Assembly: GCA_038496445.1 (NCBI GenBank)
Contig: JALMLS010000186.1
Span: forward strand, 62,001 to 126,000
Source of the DNA: Trichosphaerium sp. ATCC 40318
Taxonomy: Eukaryota; Protista; Tubulinea
Length of the DNA stretch: 64,000 bases
Reading direction: 5' to 3'
Shown here one piece after another: positions 1 to 13,700 of this stretch (the first letter of the stretch is position 1; each line of letters starts with the position of its first letter). Made by a program: the position numbers and the translations under genes. The notes below the pieces were generated by a model that saw nothing but the letters and a program-made list of their open reading frames with translations, made no database searches and had not been told where the DNA came from.

Positions 1-480
1 AATGTCCAGAGGTAGAGAACCGCCAAGCCATAATTATTCAAGTAACTAGGGTGGATTTTGATGCACCTGAAAGGAGTATCTTGGGAATGGGAAGACAACT
101 TCAATTCGAATGTCTTTATTATTTTACAACAGACACTTGATTTAACCTTATACGACAGCGCAGCACTACCGTTAACCTTCAGCTGAAAATGCAACCATTC
201 TGAGCGAGTAGGATCCTCGGGTGATGTACAATTGTAATTGCGTTAGCTCAATTATTTGAGATATCTTGTGGTTATCCCAAACTGACTAAAAACTAGTCTG
301 ATACGCTATAGTTGCGATTCTATGTTCTTGCATAGGAAATTACTGTCTACAGTACGAAAACGTGATCAAGACTTACTGCCTGTACAAAAGTCCAATTGTA
401 CAAAAAAAATCTGGTTTTTTTCTTGTCTACAAGAAGTCCTACACGTAACAAAAAGCAAAGTTGAAAATTGTATCTATGAC

Positions 481-1170
481 TCAATAGCGAACGTAGTTTT
501 CAGTCCAATGTCCACGTTCTGGAGGAGTGAACGAGAAGCGAGCTGTCATCGATTTTCTGAAAATAATCTTTTTTCTTGTTACATCATGACATCTTTGAAG
601 ATACTTTACTGTACTGCTCATTTCTATATCTTCTTTTCTAAACCAAACAGGTATCCGCGTTTTTTGACCACGTCTTGCTGAGAATTCTATTTCAAAAGAC
701 GGAAACTGGCACTGATAAATTACAACGTCGTTTAAGAACACTGCACGCATTGAAGAAGCTTTTTCGACTTTTGCAAGCCGGTATGCCTTGAGAACCCTTT
801 TCATGCTTACAAAGCATCCGCATGGTATGACAGTAGTCTGTGAATGATAAAAATCCATCCGACAGTACTTTTGGTGTCGTTTGAAGATAGCATAAAAGTA
901 CTTCCGTGGTTTCTTGCTCTCTGCGGCTAATCTGGTAGTGTACAATCTCTTCCACGATATTTTATCACCATTAGCTCGTTTTCTGGTGAAAAGTTGTAAA
1001 TCGCGGCTACAATGCTTTCTCCATGTCCTCCACGCGTTAGATATTGTTTTATGCCATGAATAGCAAACATTAGTACAGTTAAGCATAGAGAATGCGTCAA
1101 GGTACTCAACGAACAGATGAGCCCATAAATGCTCATCCACACGTAGATATTGCGGGGTTTTTTGCGACAT
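481..1170 (-). CDS. Intronless F-box protein, C-terminal region unknown
   Basis: N-terminus LRVDEHLWAHLFVEYLDAFSMLNCTNVCYSWHKTISNAWRTWRKHC fits the F-box pattern; uninterrupted 229-aa ORF. Confidence 0.7.
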   Translation of the reverse strand: MSQKTPQYLRVDEHLWAHLFVEYLDAFSMLNCTNVCYSWHKTISNAWRTWRKHCSRDLQLFTRKRANGDKISWKRLYTTRLAAESKKPRKYFYAIFKRHQKYCRMDFYHSQTTVIPCGCFVSMKRVLKAYRLAKVEKASSMRAVFLNDVVIYQCQFPSFEIEFSARRGQKTRIPVWFRKEDIEMSSTVKYLQRCHDVTRKKIIFRKSMTARFSFTPPERGHWTENYVRY

Positions 1171-1422
1171 TGAGACAGTACGGAAAATTAGTAAACTAAT
1201 TGTGACTTTTCAACTGAAGTGGCACGTGTTCGGGCAGTTTTTGAACAGCAAGTTACAAACAAGGTTAAGCACTTTGCAACTAAATGAATAGAACTTTCTA
1301 AGTGTCGGACTTGGGTGTAGAATCTCTATTATCTACATGCCATGTACAGACAGCAAATTTTGTCCTGACCATGTGTGACTAAGGCGGTACAGAGTAAACT
1401 TAACCATCAGTTCCTGTTAACA

Positions 1423-2359
1423 ATGGCAGCTCCTTCTGATGCTGAACTTTCGAAAGATTTTACTTTAAACGATGGCACAAAGGGTCATTTAATAGTTAAG
1501 AGTGGCGATACAACTACAATCGAGCTGGTTTTTCCTGAGCATACGTGGTCTAGCACGAACGGACTCCAAACAATTCTTCAGGTCCTCTCACGACAAGCGC
1601 TGATTACAGAGCTAGAAAAAGATACATTTTCAATCACTAGAGCAAACCAGGTGACTCAAACTGTCAGTTGAGTCGTATCTTACATAATTATCCTAGAGCG
1701 AATACCATTTAACATGTGATCTTCTTCAAAGTCCTATTGTATTCCAACAATTGAAGGCGCACACTGCGCTAGAACAACACCTTCTTACACAGGTCACTGA
1801 TCTTCAAAAGCAAGTCACTGATCTTAAAGATAATGCGTTCATCAAAGGGATTGCTATACTTGAGGACAGACTTCCAGCTAATGGTCCAGGCACGTGATAT
1901 TTAGAGTTTTTCAATATAGTGCAAGTTAACGGAAAGACAGGAGGCGAGGCTAAAAACCAACAATGGTCAAGAAGACACTTCAATACAGTAGCAATCAACA
2001 CGATAGGATGTAGCTTAAACAATAATATTGTGACGTTACCAAAAGGAAGTTACTTGGTTCAAGCCTCAGCTCCTTGCTTTCGTTGTAATATCCATATTGT
2101 GAGACTATTCAATCTTGATACTAACAGTGTCATTTCTGTTGGTACAAAGGAACTTGCGTCCAATGGCAATGGATTGTGGGTACAAACAAGGTCTTTTTTA
2201 AAATGTCATCTTGTTCTTGAAACGCCCACTAGAGTTGTTCTACAACATTGGGTACAATCAATTGGATGCACAAAAGTTTGGTCTTTTGGTTACGGTTCAA
2301 GTGGTGGACCAAGCGGTACTCATGCTGTGTACACAGCAATGCAAATATGGAAGTTGTAA
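1423..2359 (+). CDS. 3-exon gene: short coiled coil plus C-terminal phage-tail-fibre/C1q-like beta domain
   Basis: ATG 1423; introns 1651-1697 (GT-AG) and 1890-1919 (GC-AG) join the frames; QVTDLQKQVTDLK heptads; C-terminal WSRRHFNT...TLPKGSYLVQASAP...RLFN...TRSF...LQH. Confidence 0.65.
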
Positions 2360-2960
2360 GTAATTAGACTATCAAATAAAGTTGCTTCTTCATTAAAAGA
2401 ACATGAATTGACCATCCTGCAATGTTAGTGTATTTTTATCTTGATACTAAGTCACATTCTTCGACAACGTAGGTCCTTGGTTTTATAAGTCACCTTTGTG
2501 CATATGGTAAAAGAGCACACGATTTTTTATCGTAGATTTTGTGTAAAGTAGCATTTGATTTACTAGTTTGCAATTTCAAATCTTGCTTGAATGGCATACA
2601 ATGATTGCGAAGGTATTAACTATTTGGATTGCAAGTATGTCTAGCCGCCAAGTATTAAGGCATCTTATTCTGTAACTTAGATAAAGTTGTTGGTTTCCCT
2701 TTTTTTTCTCTCTCGAAAAGTAAAACAACGGAACTCGACTTGACCTGTTTTGACAATGTTCGCACACGTGCCAACAATTTACAAAATATCTCTATACCAA
2801 AGTTCGCTTCGGTTAACCAAATAAGCCAAACAACTTGATTGATTATTTGAGTAGAATGCTCACTAGCGCCAATACTGGCACGTGCGAGGTATTAAAATTG
2901 GTTTAATCAAGTTCCTTACCAACCATTAACTAGAAATGTAATGCGCAATCAGTTGGTTGC

Positions 2961-3608
2961 CATCTATTAAACCTCCCGTTTGAGATTCAACTGGATATTA
3001 TCGATTTAGACTTGTTTGTGTATTTAACTTGGCCACTTATTTCAAAACACACAGCAATGACCACAAGGTTCGATACTGATATGAACAAGCATGGAAAATG
3101 GCGCCAAAGATTTGATAACAAGCTTGTACAGCAACAATACTGGAAACATGGTGTACAAGATGGAGAATGCCAGACATGGCATGAAAATGGAGAATTGGAG
3201 AGGCATTGTACTTACGACAATGGCCAATTGGAAGGAGAATCCAAGCGATGGTTTCACACTGGCAAATTGATGGAGCATTGTACTTACATCAACGGTAAAC
3301 TAGATGGAGAATACAAGACATGGCATCACGATGGCAAATTAATGGAACACTTTAATTACAGCAATGGCCAATTGGAAGGAGAATACAAGCAATGGTTTTA
3401 CAACGGCAACTTGATGGAGCAATGTAATTACATTGATGGTAAACTAGATGGAGAACACAAGACATGGCATCACAATGGCCAATTAGAGAGCTACAGCATT
3501 AACATTAAAGGAGAACAAGAAGGAGAATGCAAGGAATGGGATTTCGATGGGGAATTGAAGAACTACCAAACACAAGACAACCGAGGATTTATTAAATTTA
3601 ATTTATAA
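2961..3608 (+). CDS. F-box + MORN-variant repeat protein; the F-box has no in-frame ATG (possible pseudogene)
   Basis: Frame reads HLLNLPFEIQLDIIDLDLFVYLTWPLISK, then (GQLEGExKxWxxNGxL) repeats; paralog of 40801-41598. Confidence 0.8.
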   Translation, partial: HLLNLPFEIQLDIIDLDLFVYLTWPLISKHTAMTTRFDTDMNKHGKWRQRFDNKLVQQQYWKHGVQDGECQTWHENGELERHCTYDNGQLEGESKRWFHTGKLMEHCTYINGKLDGEYKTWHHDGKLMEHFNYSNGQLEGEYKQWFYNGNLMEQCNYIDGKLDGEHKTWHHNGQLESYSINIKGEQEGECKEWDFDGELKNYQTQDNRGFIKFNL

Positions 3609-4147
3609 GATTGTACGCAAAAAACATTTTTTTGTGAAAATAAACGAGAACGCACCAAATTAATCTATGACGACAATACTCAGCCTCAATGTATTATAAA
3701 TAGAGACTACCATCTCTTGGTTGTACTCCAACCAACGCATTTATGATAGTCCATAATGTGAGGTAAATGGTGAACAAGTTAACACTTTAATGCCTTATGT
3801 ACTATACTTATAGCCAATGCTGGTGCCAGCTGCATAATTTCTTAACAGGTTCTAGAGCAGCAAATGGTGCCGTGTGGCTATTATAACATCAATACTAGAA
3901 ACAGTGATATTAAGTATCTTCAAGCCAACCTGTTGACGACGTCTTGTGTGGATATTTAAGAAACAGACTGCGAAAGAAACCTTATTTTATAGTTCTCTTT
4001 CTTTTGACATTTTTGTACTTGTAGCTAATTGAACATTCGCTTGCATTAAACGACGGTCTACATTTGCTTCTGCTAAACACAAATTTAGGGATGTGTTGGT
4101 GGCATGTTTTGGTTTTCAAAGAAAATAATAAGAATTTAAATAGAGTA

Positions 4148-7100
4148 CTAAGTTTTGCGGGCTTTTAAGGCCACCACAGATGGTACTATACCTGCTTCAG
4201 TTTCAATGTTATCATCAATCAATGGTTCAGTACCTTTTCCTTGAGGTAGTTTAATATCTTGCCTACATAAAACATTAACACTATTCTGCCAAGCGAGTAT
4301 CTTTTGGTAATGGTTGGGCTTTTTCTAGAAATGTTGTAACATTTTGCTTGCCTGTAGTGCATGATTGTAGCAGCAATAGCTGATTTATCGCCAGGAACCC
4401 ACCAATATGGTATAGGAATAATAGTTATACCTGTACAAAAAGAAGAATCAGAACACGGTCAAGCTGACAAAGAAAGCAAAACACAAGAGAAGCGCTTTAA
4501 GAATCAAACGAGAACATCAAAAAAAAGTCAGTGCTGCCATACCACACTCATCACAAAGTCTAAACTTCTCACCATCACGGCTCTGTTGAAGTGATGTCGG
4601 ACCAAATTGTGCCTGTACTTTATCGGTGTAATGATGTTGCCCTTGGTATTCCAATGCAAAGTTTAAATTGGCAACAAAAATATCAAGAACAACTTGAATG
4701 CCAGTATCATGAATGACACCTATTTTATACTCTTCTTTTATATCAGCTGCTGGAAACAATTCTATTGTACAATTTAAGAGGTATCTAAATAATGTTAATA
4801 CTTTAGACGAAAAGTTCTAGTGACACGACGGTGGACACCAAATAAAGCAAAGTGACGGCAAGTTTGTTATTACCTTTGTATTGCTTTTCGAGCCTTAAAA
4901 CTAAACTGTTCAAGTTTCCACTTGTATGTTGGATATACTGGTATCAATACATGTGGCCAATACTGAAGTATTCCTCCACCTGCAACAACAATAAACATAA
5001 AAAGCATAACATAAGTACGTGCCACCACAGTCACGAATCTGAGTTGCAGAAACTCGATACCAATCTTCAGGATGTTTGACGTTTATTCTATCCGCAAGTT
5101 GAAGTACATACTCCCTTGTTGTATCTGTGTTTTGCCAATAACCAGCAGGTGCTTTAGCTAGGGAAACTCGTAAGAAGACGAAAGGCGTTCAAAAAACACA
5201 AAGTTGTTTGAAAAAAAGTTGACTTTACAAAGATGAGGTAACTCCAAACTTGTTTTTTGTCTACGTACAGAATTTATAAGACTTCCAGGTATGATCAGGG
5301 TAGATAAATTTTAAAAAAGTCATTAACGAATGACCAAACATGCTGCACAAAAAAAAATTAGCAATCAAGTTTAAAAGGAATAAAGAGTTGAAAGGTATCA
5401 TTACCCAATGACTGTCGCTCCACCCAATTTTCGTATATCAACTACATTAACACCATACCAATCTTCTATACGGTCGATTGCCTTTTGGTACTCAACCTTG
5501 CACAACACGATTAGTAAAGAGAAAAAATATAATAAAAAAAAAACAATAAATGGTATCATTGTTTTCCTCTTGTTCATACCTCCCTAGCAAACTCATATAA
5601 ATGCTCCTTATCCTTCCAAAAGTGATGTTTTACTCTATCCCCTAGAATAAATACCTTTAGTAAAAGACAAAGAGGCATTCAAAGGAATAGTTTCGTACAA
5701 AACAGCCAAGGAAGCCATTTACTTTTTGGATACATAGCCTTTGCTAGCATCTCAAGTGTGCCAAAATTCCTTTAACAAATCAGGTAAGACATTAAATCGA
5801 CAAGTTTAGGGGCTAATGCAAAGCATGTGTTTGACAACGTACTGAAGAAATCCTCGGCCACCTATTTTATATACAGTTTCATAATTTACATTGTACCACT
5901 TTTTCAAATCTGAAAACTTCAACTTCTCCTCAGCCTAGGCAAACAAAAACCCGTATTAGTACTAGACCTGATATACTCGTACCACGTACAATAATTCTAA
6001 ACTTTTCCAAGTTCTCAGAACAGCCATAAAAAGAAGGAGAGGCTTCACCTACGAGAAGTTAAATGGTCCACAACAATACACAAAAAGACAGATTATTCTT
6101 CGCAGATAGATGTCTGTACCAAATTTCCAAGGTATCCAATCGTGGTCAGGATATACGTGTTTTAAAAAATGACACATTGAATAACCGTAAGTAGCTCTGG
6201 TGAGTGATATAAGAATAAAAACCAGAAAATTACGAGAAAATCAGATAACAGAAAACTCTTACGCTAGAAGTTCTTTACCACCATGCTCAGATACTTCTGC
6301 ATGGCTTATGCCATACCAATCATCTTTGTCATTGAATCCAAAAATATCTGATATCTACAAACCCGTCAGTATAGCACTTGAGAAACTTCAAAGAAAGCAA
6401 AATACGAACATGATCAGCAAACTCTTTCTGCATCTCAGTTGTCCAGAAATTATCAGATGATGCTGAATCTGCCAGGTAATCAATACTTATACATTCACGA
6501 CTTGAAATCGTGTATACATGGACGTACTAAACTTCCATGGCAACCACTTTCGCTCAGGATATACTTGCTTTAAAAAGTTGCATACGTTTCCAAACAAACT
6601 TAACAAGTGTTAACGTTGCCCTTTTTTAATTCGATATTTTATTTATGTTAACGTACTCTAGCATACCAATACCACCTTGTGATCTGATATCGGTATCATT
6701 AATAGTATACCAACCGTCAAAATCAGATATGTTTAAATTTTTTTCAATCTAAATAAACAAAAATCAATTGTTGATCCTGTTTTTTACTATCTCACCTCAC
6801 GTGCAAAAAACTGTTGTGACCAAGTTTCTCTCCACATATCATATTGAGGTGCCCCTAATGATAATGTCAGGATTACAAGTATGTGTAAGATGAACACATA
6901 CGAACAAACTGCCATGGATGCCAATCGTACTCTTTGAACATTGCAATAAGCATCTTAGGCACTGAGCTTTCAAATTGTCTACAACAAAAGATAGTAATTA
7001 AAAATCAAACATCAACATGAACAAAAAACTGAAAAATACAACGGTCATTTCAAAGCACGCGACAAAGACCGGAAAAAACAAAAATCGAAATTAAAGAAAT

Positions 7101-9287
7101 TTGTTCAATGAATGCCACACTTAAACTGAGCGACTTTATGCACATACCCTATAAAACCACCTCCGCCATAACTACATAGTTGTTCAAGTCTGACTGATAG
7201 CCACCCTTCTTGATCTGTTATACCATATTCTGAAGCGAACTAATTCACCATTGTCAAAAAAAAAAAATGATTCAAAGCCAAACAGATAAACAACAAATTT
7301 GTTATGCACGTACTGATTTCAAGAACTCCTCCCTGTTTTCATTTTTACACCAGTAATTATTAGATACTTTAGCTAATAGGATTTTTAACTAACTAGTTAA
7401 TTTCAAAACAACAGGACGAAAAAAATAAGAAAGGTAGTGGAGAGAAGAACTGAGAAACGGATTGTGTGGAGTTTGTAGAAATTGTACTTTGACTGACAAT
7501 AACGTACCAAATCGCCACGGAACCCATTCATATTCTGGATAAATGTAGTTTAATAACCCATGCATGGTATTCCCATGCAACCTTTAAATTTTCAAAAAAA
7601 AAGAACACAAAATCATCTTCCGTACTGTGCGAGTTGTGCTGCGTTTGCTGTTCCTAGCATTCTTCTACCTACTTTAAACCATCTATCAAGTGTAGTGACG
7701 GAATGTTCATATTCAAACTATACACAGTAAGGCAAACATAAGCAGACTAAAAACGCACGTGACGAATAAAAGATTCAGCTTTGTCTCTATCCCAAATAGT
7801 TCTTTCAGCATCTTCAATTTACTTAAAACTCATTTCAGCTTTTTGAAACCTTACCGAACTTCCAAACAAGCCATGTCCTTTCTGGATATAGCCACTCGAC
7901 AAAAGCTGATACAGATTCGTGAGCGCTATAATATTTTTAGATTGCCTGGGACAACAAGAAGTACAGTACTAACCCAATAAGATAACCTCCACCAATATTA
8001 CTCAGATGTTTTTCTGAACATCGATACCAATCCTCTATCCTACTGAAGCCAAGTGACTGCTCGGCCTTTCAAAAAACATAAATTCAGTAATAACATGCAC
8101 GTATTAACATCACAACGTACATGTCTTACGAAAGGTACAACGTTTTCGTACTCTTTCCAGAAACTAATCTTATTTTCCCCTAAATTGTAGTAAGAAATTT
8201 CTTCTTGCTAACTAGTATAGTCCACGTACTAAACCTCCATCGCTCCCATTTATGATCAGGATAAACATAAAGCATAAGCTCATAAACAGTAGATCGTATG
8301 TTACTAAATCAAAAGTAATGAATGGCAAACAAAGAAACTAAACGAAATTCTCCTTTCTAAGTAGAAGAAAAAAAAAGACTCACTGCAATACATCCATACG
8401 TCTTATTTTAATAAAGTTATATTTATCGACTGAATACCATGAATCAAACTCCGTTATATTTAACTTCTCTTCAACCTGTAAAATAGAACAGAATGTCAAT
8501 AACAAACCAAAAAGCACACGTGTTTTTCATTCATGGTTATATTTTCAATGAATTTGTTCTGAGATGTCACCATTCGCACAACTATCATTACGTACATGGC
8601 GTATCATAGTTAAGACATTTTTTGGATCATCCCAAAATTGTTTCGAAAGTTTAGCTTAAATTCTAAGTGAGTATCACAGACAACAAGTCAACTTTAAAAA
8701 CCTGAAAAAAAAAAAAAGAAAAAGTCTTGTCGTACCGTTAAAAAACTCCCAAGGCACCCAAAGGTACGAGGGAAACGTTTTCCTTAAAAGAGAGTACAAT
8801 GACTGCTGGTTTAGACTAAAAAAAAACATAACAGAGTAAGTACAAACAAATAACGAACTGTTGCTCCTAAACAGTACCTCAATATCGTTCTGCCGTTTGA
8901 AATCTCCTTTAGTTTGGTCCTTGACACGCTGTACCACTCATCTAAAGTTCTCAATCGAAGTTTCTCGGCTGCCTACCGTGGTGCATAAGCAATACCAATG
9001 CGTAAAACCGCCCTCAGCATAATATCTGCAGTGTTTATTGTGAAAACACTGCAAAACATTCTACGGGTAACACAACGGTGTTTCAATGCGTGAAGTAGTA
9101 GTTTTACCTTATTACAAAATTGCAGTTCAACAGCACAATTATTGTCACTGATTTGATCTTGTGTATACGTTTTACTGCTCCATGTACGAAATTTAACTTC
9201 ACTGCCATCAATACGGCGTTTTCTTGAGGAAAGAGCACGAACAGATGCGAATAGCTGATGGCTAGCTAACCCACGCGCTCCTAACAT
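4148..9287 (-). CDS. Multi-exon tandem-repeat protein (W-x-P-W-x-F / D-W-Y repeats) with C-terminal RAP/PD-(D/E)XK-like domain and predicted mitochondrial presequence
   Basis: Start MLGARGLASHQLFASVRALSSRKRR; about 9 repeats (e.g. YLWVPWEF, YEWVPWRF, YDWHPWQF, RKWLPWKF, HDWIPWKF); LDIFVANLNFALEYQGQHHY...DGEKFRLCDECGITIIPIPYWW; many GT-AG introns; stop at 4148. Confidence 0.75.
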
Positions 9288-9484
9288 GCATTGGGGCTAT
9301 CTAGGGCGTTTTGTGAATAAAGTGTCAATGCTTTTCTTTCAAAGCTTTGGCAATACAACTCGTTCAGGTTTGACGCCACTCATAGGTTGTAAATGCTCAT
9401 AGCGCACAAAATGATAACGTTTGACTCACGTGCGGTTGTACTTACTCTTAAAACTCGCAAAGACTCCCAACAAAGTGTGTGGCA

Positions 9485-10117
9485 ATGGCAGACTCATGGG
9501 AGGATCTCACAGACGATGATTTAAAGCTTGATATTGTAGAAGAAGAACCTACAGCTTCTACGAGCGAATCAAAACCTTATACGTTGCCTACTGGTAGTGA
9601 CCACAACCTCGCTAAGCACCACCCTTATTATGCGGCTCAACCAAAATTTAAAGTATTACAACGCACTGCGCAGGCACCTGTGGTACAACAGGTAACCATA
9701 ACTGACGAAAAACGGTAACTCTTCTAAACAAACTGATAGAAACCAACCCAAACAGCTCAAACAGGCGAACCAACTCTAGAAGAGCGCGAACGTACGTTAA
9801 ACACTAATTTTGATTTTTTGAATCTTGAAATGTCGTAAAGCGTTCATTTGTTAGCGCTGATACACAAGCGTAACGAGCCGAAGAAAAACCAGTATCTCAA
9901 TGTTTACGGTTTCATAGCAACGAAAGAAATTTTCGTAGGGATACAAAAGCGCTCAAAACACAAACCAGTTGGTCTTTTCTTCTTTTTCATTCGTTTTTCA
10001 GTACAGTTATCGGTTTTTTCGTGCTTTACGTTTATTTTCGTAAATAAGTCGCCGTATCGCTAATACGAGCATAGGGCAATATGCTATAGCAAGAGCGAAA
10101 ATAATGGAAGGGAAATA
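9485..10117 (+). CDS. SUZ-domain (SZRD1-like) small RNA-binding protein
   Basis: MADSWED..., PKFKVLQR, spliced RPTLEERERQYAIARAKIM; 3 exons. Confidence 0.7.
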
Positions 10118-10766
10118 ACCTCAAAAACAACTTAATAATTTTTATGTATTTGTAGAAAATAGTACACCCCTTTCTTTATTCCTCTATCACTTCCTTTGAT
10201 GATCATGCTGTGTTTTTGTTTCTCCTTCTATTTTCAGAATTTTGGAGCTATTAGTTTAGCCGTTAAACTCTGAAGAGTTTATGAGCCTAATACTCCAAAT
10301 CCCAAACTAGGAGGAAGAAAGAACACAGAAACATATGTACCAAGCGTTTGGTGTTCATGTTTAGACTTAGAAAGCTAAAAATCGCTCGTTTTCCGCAACA
10401 GTATTTACCTTATTTGATACCACGTTGTTCGTTAGCTTGCTCACTCTTCGCTACAGCTAAGAACAAATATTTGTAGAATAATTATTTATTTGGTTCTTCG
10501 GGGTGTACAAAACAAAACTCAATTAAAATTGTATGATAAACAGTTACGCGGGAAGGTAACAAAGATGCCTGCAAAAACTGCGTAGACATAAACTCCTTCC
10601 ACAAACAGAAGTTCCCACTTTTAAGCTCAACCCTTTTCCCGAAGCTTATAATTCGCGTAGTGTGAAGTGTAGGTGTACTAAGATTGCCATTGAAGATATT
10701 GTGAAATGAGCTAAATTCTCACGAGTTTTTTGGGAGTCTAATTTTGGTTATACTTATTTTAGCCAA

Positions 10767-13700
10767 ATGTACCACAACAGCTCGGCCTTTTTGGCCCTTA
10801 TCGTTTGTATAAGCTTGGTAGCTGGAAAGATAGTCTATTTATCAACATCTGGTACGCGTTACACTAATAATAAACAAAACAGGCGTTCAATAATCGTTGT
10901 AACATTGCATAGGCACTGATACAGGCGCTTGCGCGTCTGGCGCCCCTTGTGCTACTTTACAATACGCACTTTTTACCGCAGCGGCTACTGGAGATACAAT
11001 TCAATTAGCTGGCGGTACCTATAGAGGTACAATCGAAAGGAACGCGTTTCAGTACTAACCTATCGTAAGGCGAAGGAAATAACCAACTCTTATGGACAAA
11101 TACGTCTTCATTAAACAACATAACGTTTCAAGGTAACCAATAGATCCTAACCAAACTTTTAAAAAAATTAATACGTAATGTCGCGTGCATTGTCGAAAAC
11201 TCTATTTGTAAACAATGCCTAATTAGATATCTAGGTCCTACAAGTGACGAACCTGCTGTTTTAAATGGTGACGGCCTTCACCAGCTTTTCTATGTTCCAT
11301 CTTGCGGTAGCGCAATTAATACGTATGTGGAAGTAGCAGACAGAGTACATGTAGCTACCTTCAGCCACATTACGTTTGAGTATTTCTTGTGTAATTTTAC
11401 ACTACACGAACAAAGAACTGGAGAAAGATATCAAGGCGGTGACGGTGTAAGTGATAACGGATTTTGAGCATACACGCCTTTTTGGCGTGTTGGAATATTT
11501 TCAGACCTTACCAAACGCCTTTAACCTCAAAGACGCTTATTCTAGTTGTAGGAATACGGTGGATCTGTATGGTACTCTTACGGAGGATGTTCCGCCGAAT
11601 TTACGTTAGTACCATTGAGTTTTTTGCAAGTCTTTTTATGTATGGTAATTCTTCTATTTTAGGAATACAACGTTTACGGAAAACTCTTGCGACTACATAG
11701 ACCCACAAGATCCTAGTGCCACCTTTGCGCTAGCAGGATGGGGTATTAATTTATACCTAGACGGCGGTCACTTGACAGTACACAAGTAAGTGCAAAAACC
11801 TCGCTTTAACTCTATTATTTCCTACGCAAACCCGCTACAAGTTCTACGCCTATTTGATGGTTAGCAGTTTTCGGGGTATTGAATGTGTTTTCTTCCTTTT
11901 TAAAGCCGAGTACTTCTCGAAAGAAAAAGAAGAACTTCGTAACTCGTAAATACTTTTTGTTTGTTATAACTAATAATCTTCATAGCACACTTATGAAAAA
12001 TACGATAGTCAAAATCTTACCAGAAGATGAATTTGAGTTTGAAATTGAGAATAATGGCGCAGGAGTTATCTGGACAAGTAATGCTGATTTGACTGTGACA
12101 AACTCTACATTCCGTAACAACACCCTATCAAGAGGTGGTATGGTACAAGGCAATTTCAGACAGGAGACCATAGTTAAAAACTGCTTATTTGAAGATAATC
12201 CGACCACTGTTAATGGTGGTGTTAGTACGTCAAAACAAGTCGTTTCTTTTCTTTCATCAGTGCTTTGTCTTATATTTCCCAAGGGCTCACTGGTTCGGCT
12301 AGAAATCCTGGAGACAGGTTAGGTTCTCATGCTCTTATTGAGGATTGTGTTTTCCGGGGTAATGGTGATATAAGACGTGGAAGTCAGAGTGCAGCTATTG
12401 AAACATCTGAAATGGACAATGTTACAATTCGTAATTGCGAATTTGATGCCAATATCTTAGCTCAGGTTATAATAACTTCAATAACTGAAAACAGAGAAAC
12501 TTTTGTTGAGGACTGTAGCTTTACCAATGGCTTTAAAGGTAAACCTCTTTTTAAAAGTCAAAGCTTGCGCTAAAACAACAAACAAATCTATATTTACTAA
12601 CAATTACATCAAAGGTTTTTATGCTTTACAAGCTGCCGGTCCTGCACCTCTCTATATTACCAGATGTGTTTTTGAAAACAACACTGGTACTGCTGCTGCT
12701 CTTGGTACTGAAGGAGCTGCCAACCTTATTATAACGGACTCTATATTCAATCAAAACAAGTGCGCCAACAAAAAAACATTTTAATTGTTTTCTTTCTAAC
12801 TATTGTTCTACTAGAAATCCTCGAGATCCTTTCGATAGTTATCTATTGATTGTTGGTGGATCTACTGTTTCTTTTGATAACTGTACATTTACATCAGATG
12901 GAAACCAAGCAATATTAAGTAACGGTGATAGCACTGTTATTAAAAATAGTGTATTTAGCAATGGCAATTTACCAGATACAACTGGAAAGTTTACTAGATT
13001 TGAAGGTATTATACAATCTACCCATACCTTATTCCGTTTGTGATCAAAGCAATATGTTTAATCCTCAAACTACAAAGTGGTTTTTTTCGAGTTTTTTCTT
13101 CTGACTTTTCTTCTTAAGGCAACCAAGCAAATTATATATTTGTTAACGATGTATTTTCTGCTTATGCTACCAATTCTATAAACACTCTTGAACTAACAGG
13201 AGAGGGTACTTTTGAAATTGCAGAAGACGGTTTGGTATCTGTAATTAAAGCGTTAGAGATGGCCGCTGGTGTTATTACTGTACGTACTATCGTTGACTTT
13301 ATCGTGTTGTTTAATACTAACCTTTTAACTCAGGGAACAAGTTCAGATAAAACAAAGCACACAATCGTACTTGAAAAAGGTTCTGAGAGTAGAATCATTA
13401 CAGAAAATCCAAGTATTGATATTGACAATTGTACATTGATTGTTAAAGGAGAAGTACAACTACAAGGTTCTTTCTTGTTCCCAGAAGGCATTGTTAAACT
13501 CAGTAATTCTGAACTTGTCATCGATGATGGTGGAGAGGTTATTCTTTCTAAGCCTATTACCATTGAGGGTACAGGTAGCATCAATGTTAAAAACGGAACG
13601 TTAACAGCTTTGGTACGTATTGTTTCTTTGTTCTCTCGTTTTTTCTTTCTTCCTCCTCGTAACTGACATACTTTCTTAATAGATTTCTGCTGTTATTGAC

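Noticed and set aside
1-140. Possible 3' end of a plus-strand gene (…QFECLYYFTTDT*)
   Set aside because: Too short, and no family was recognised.
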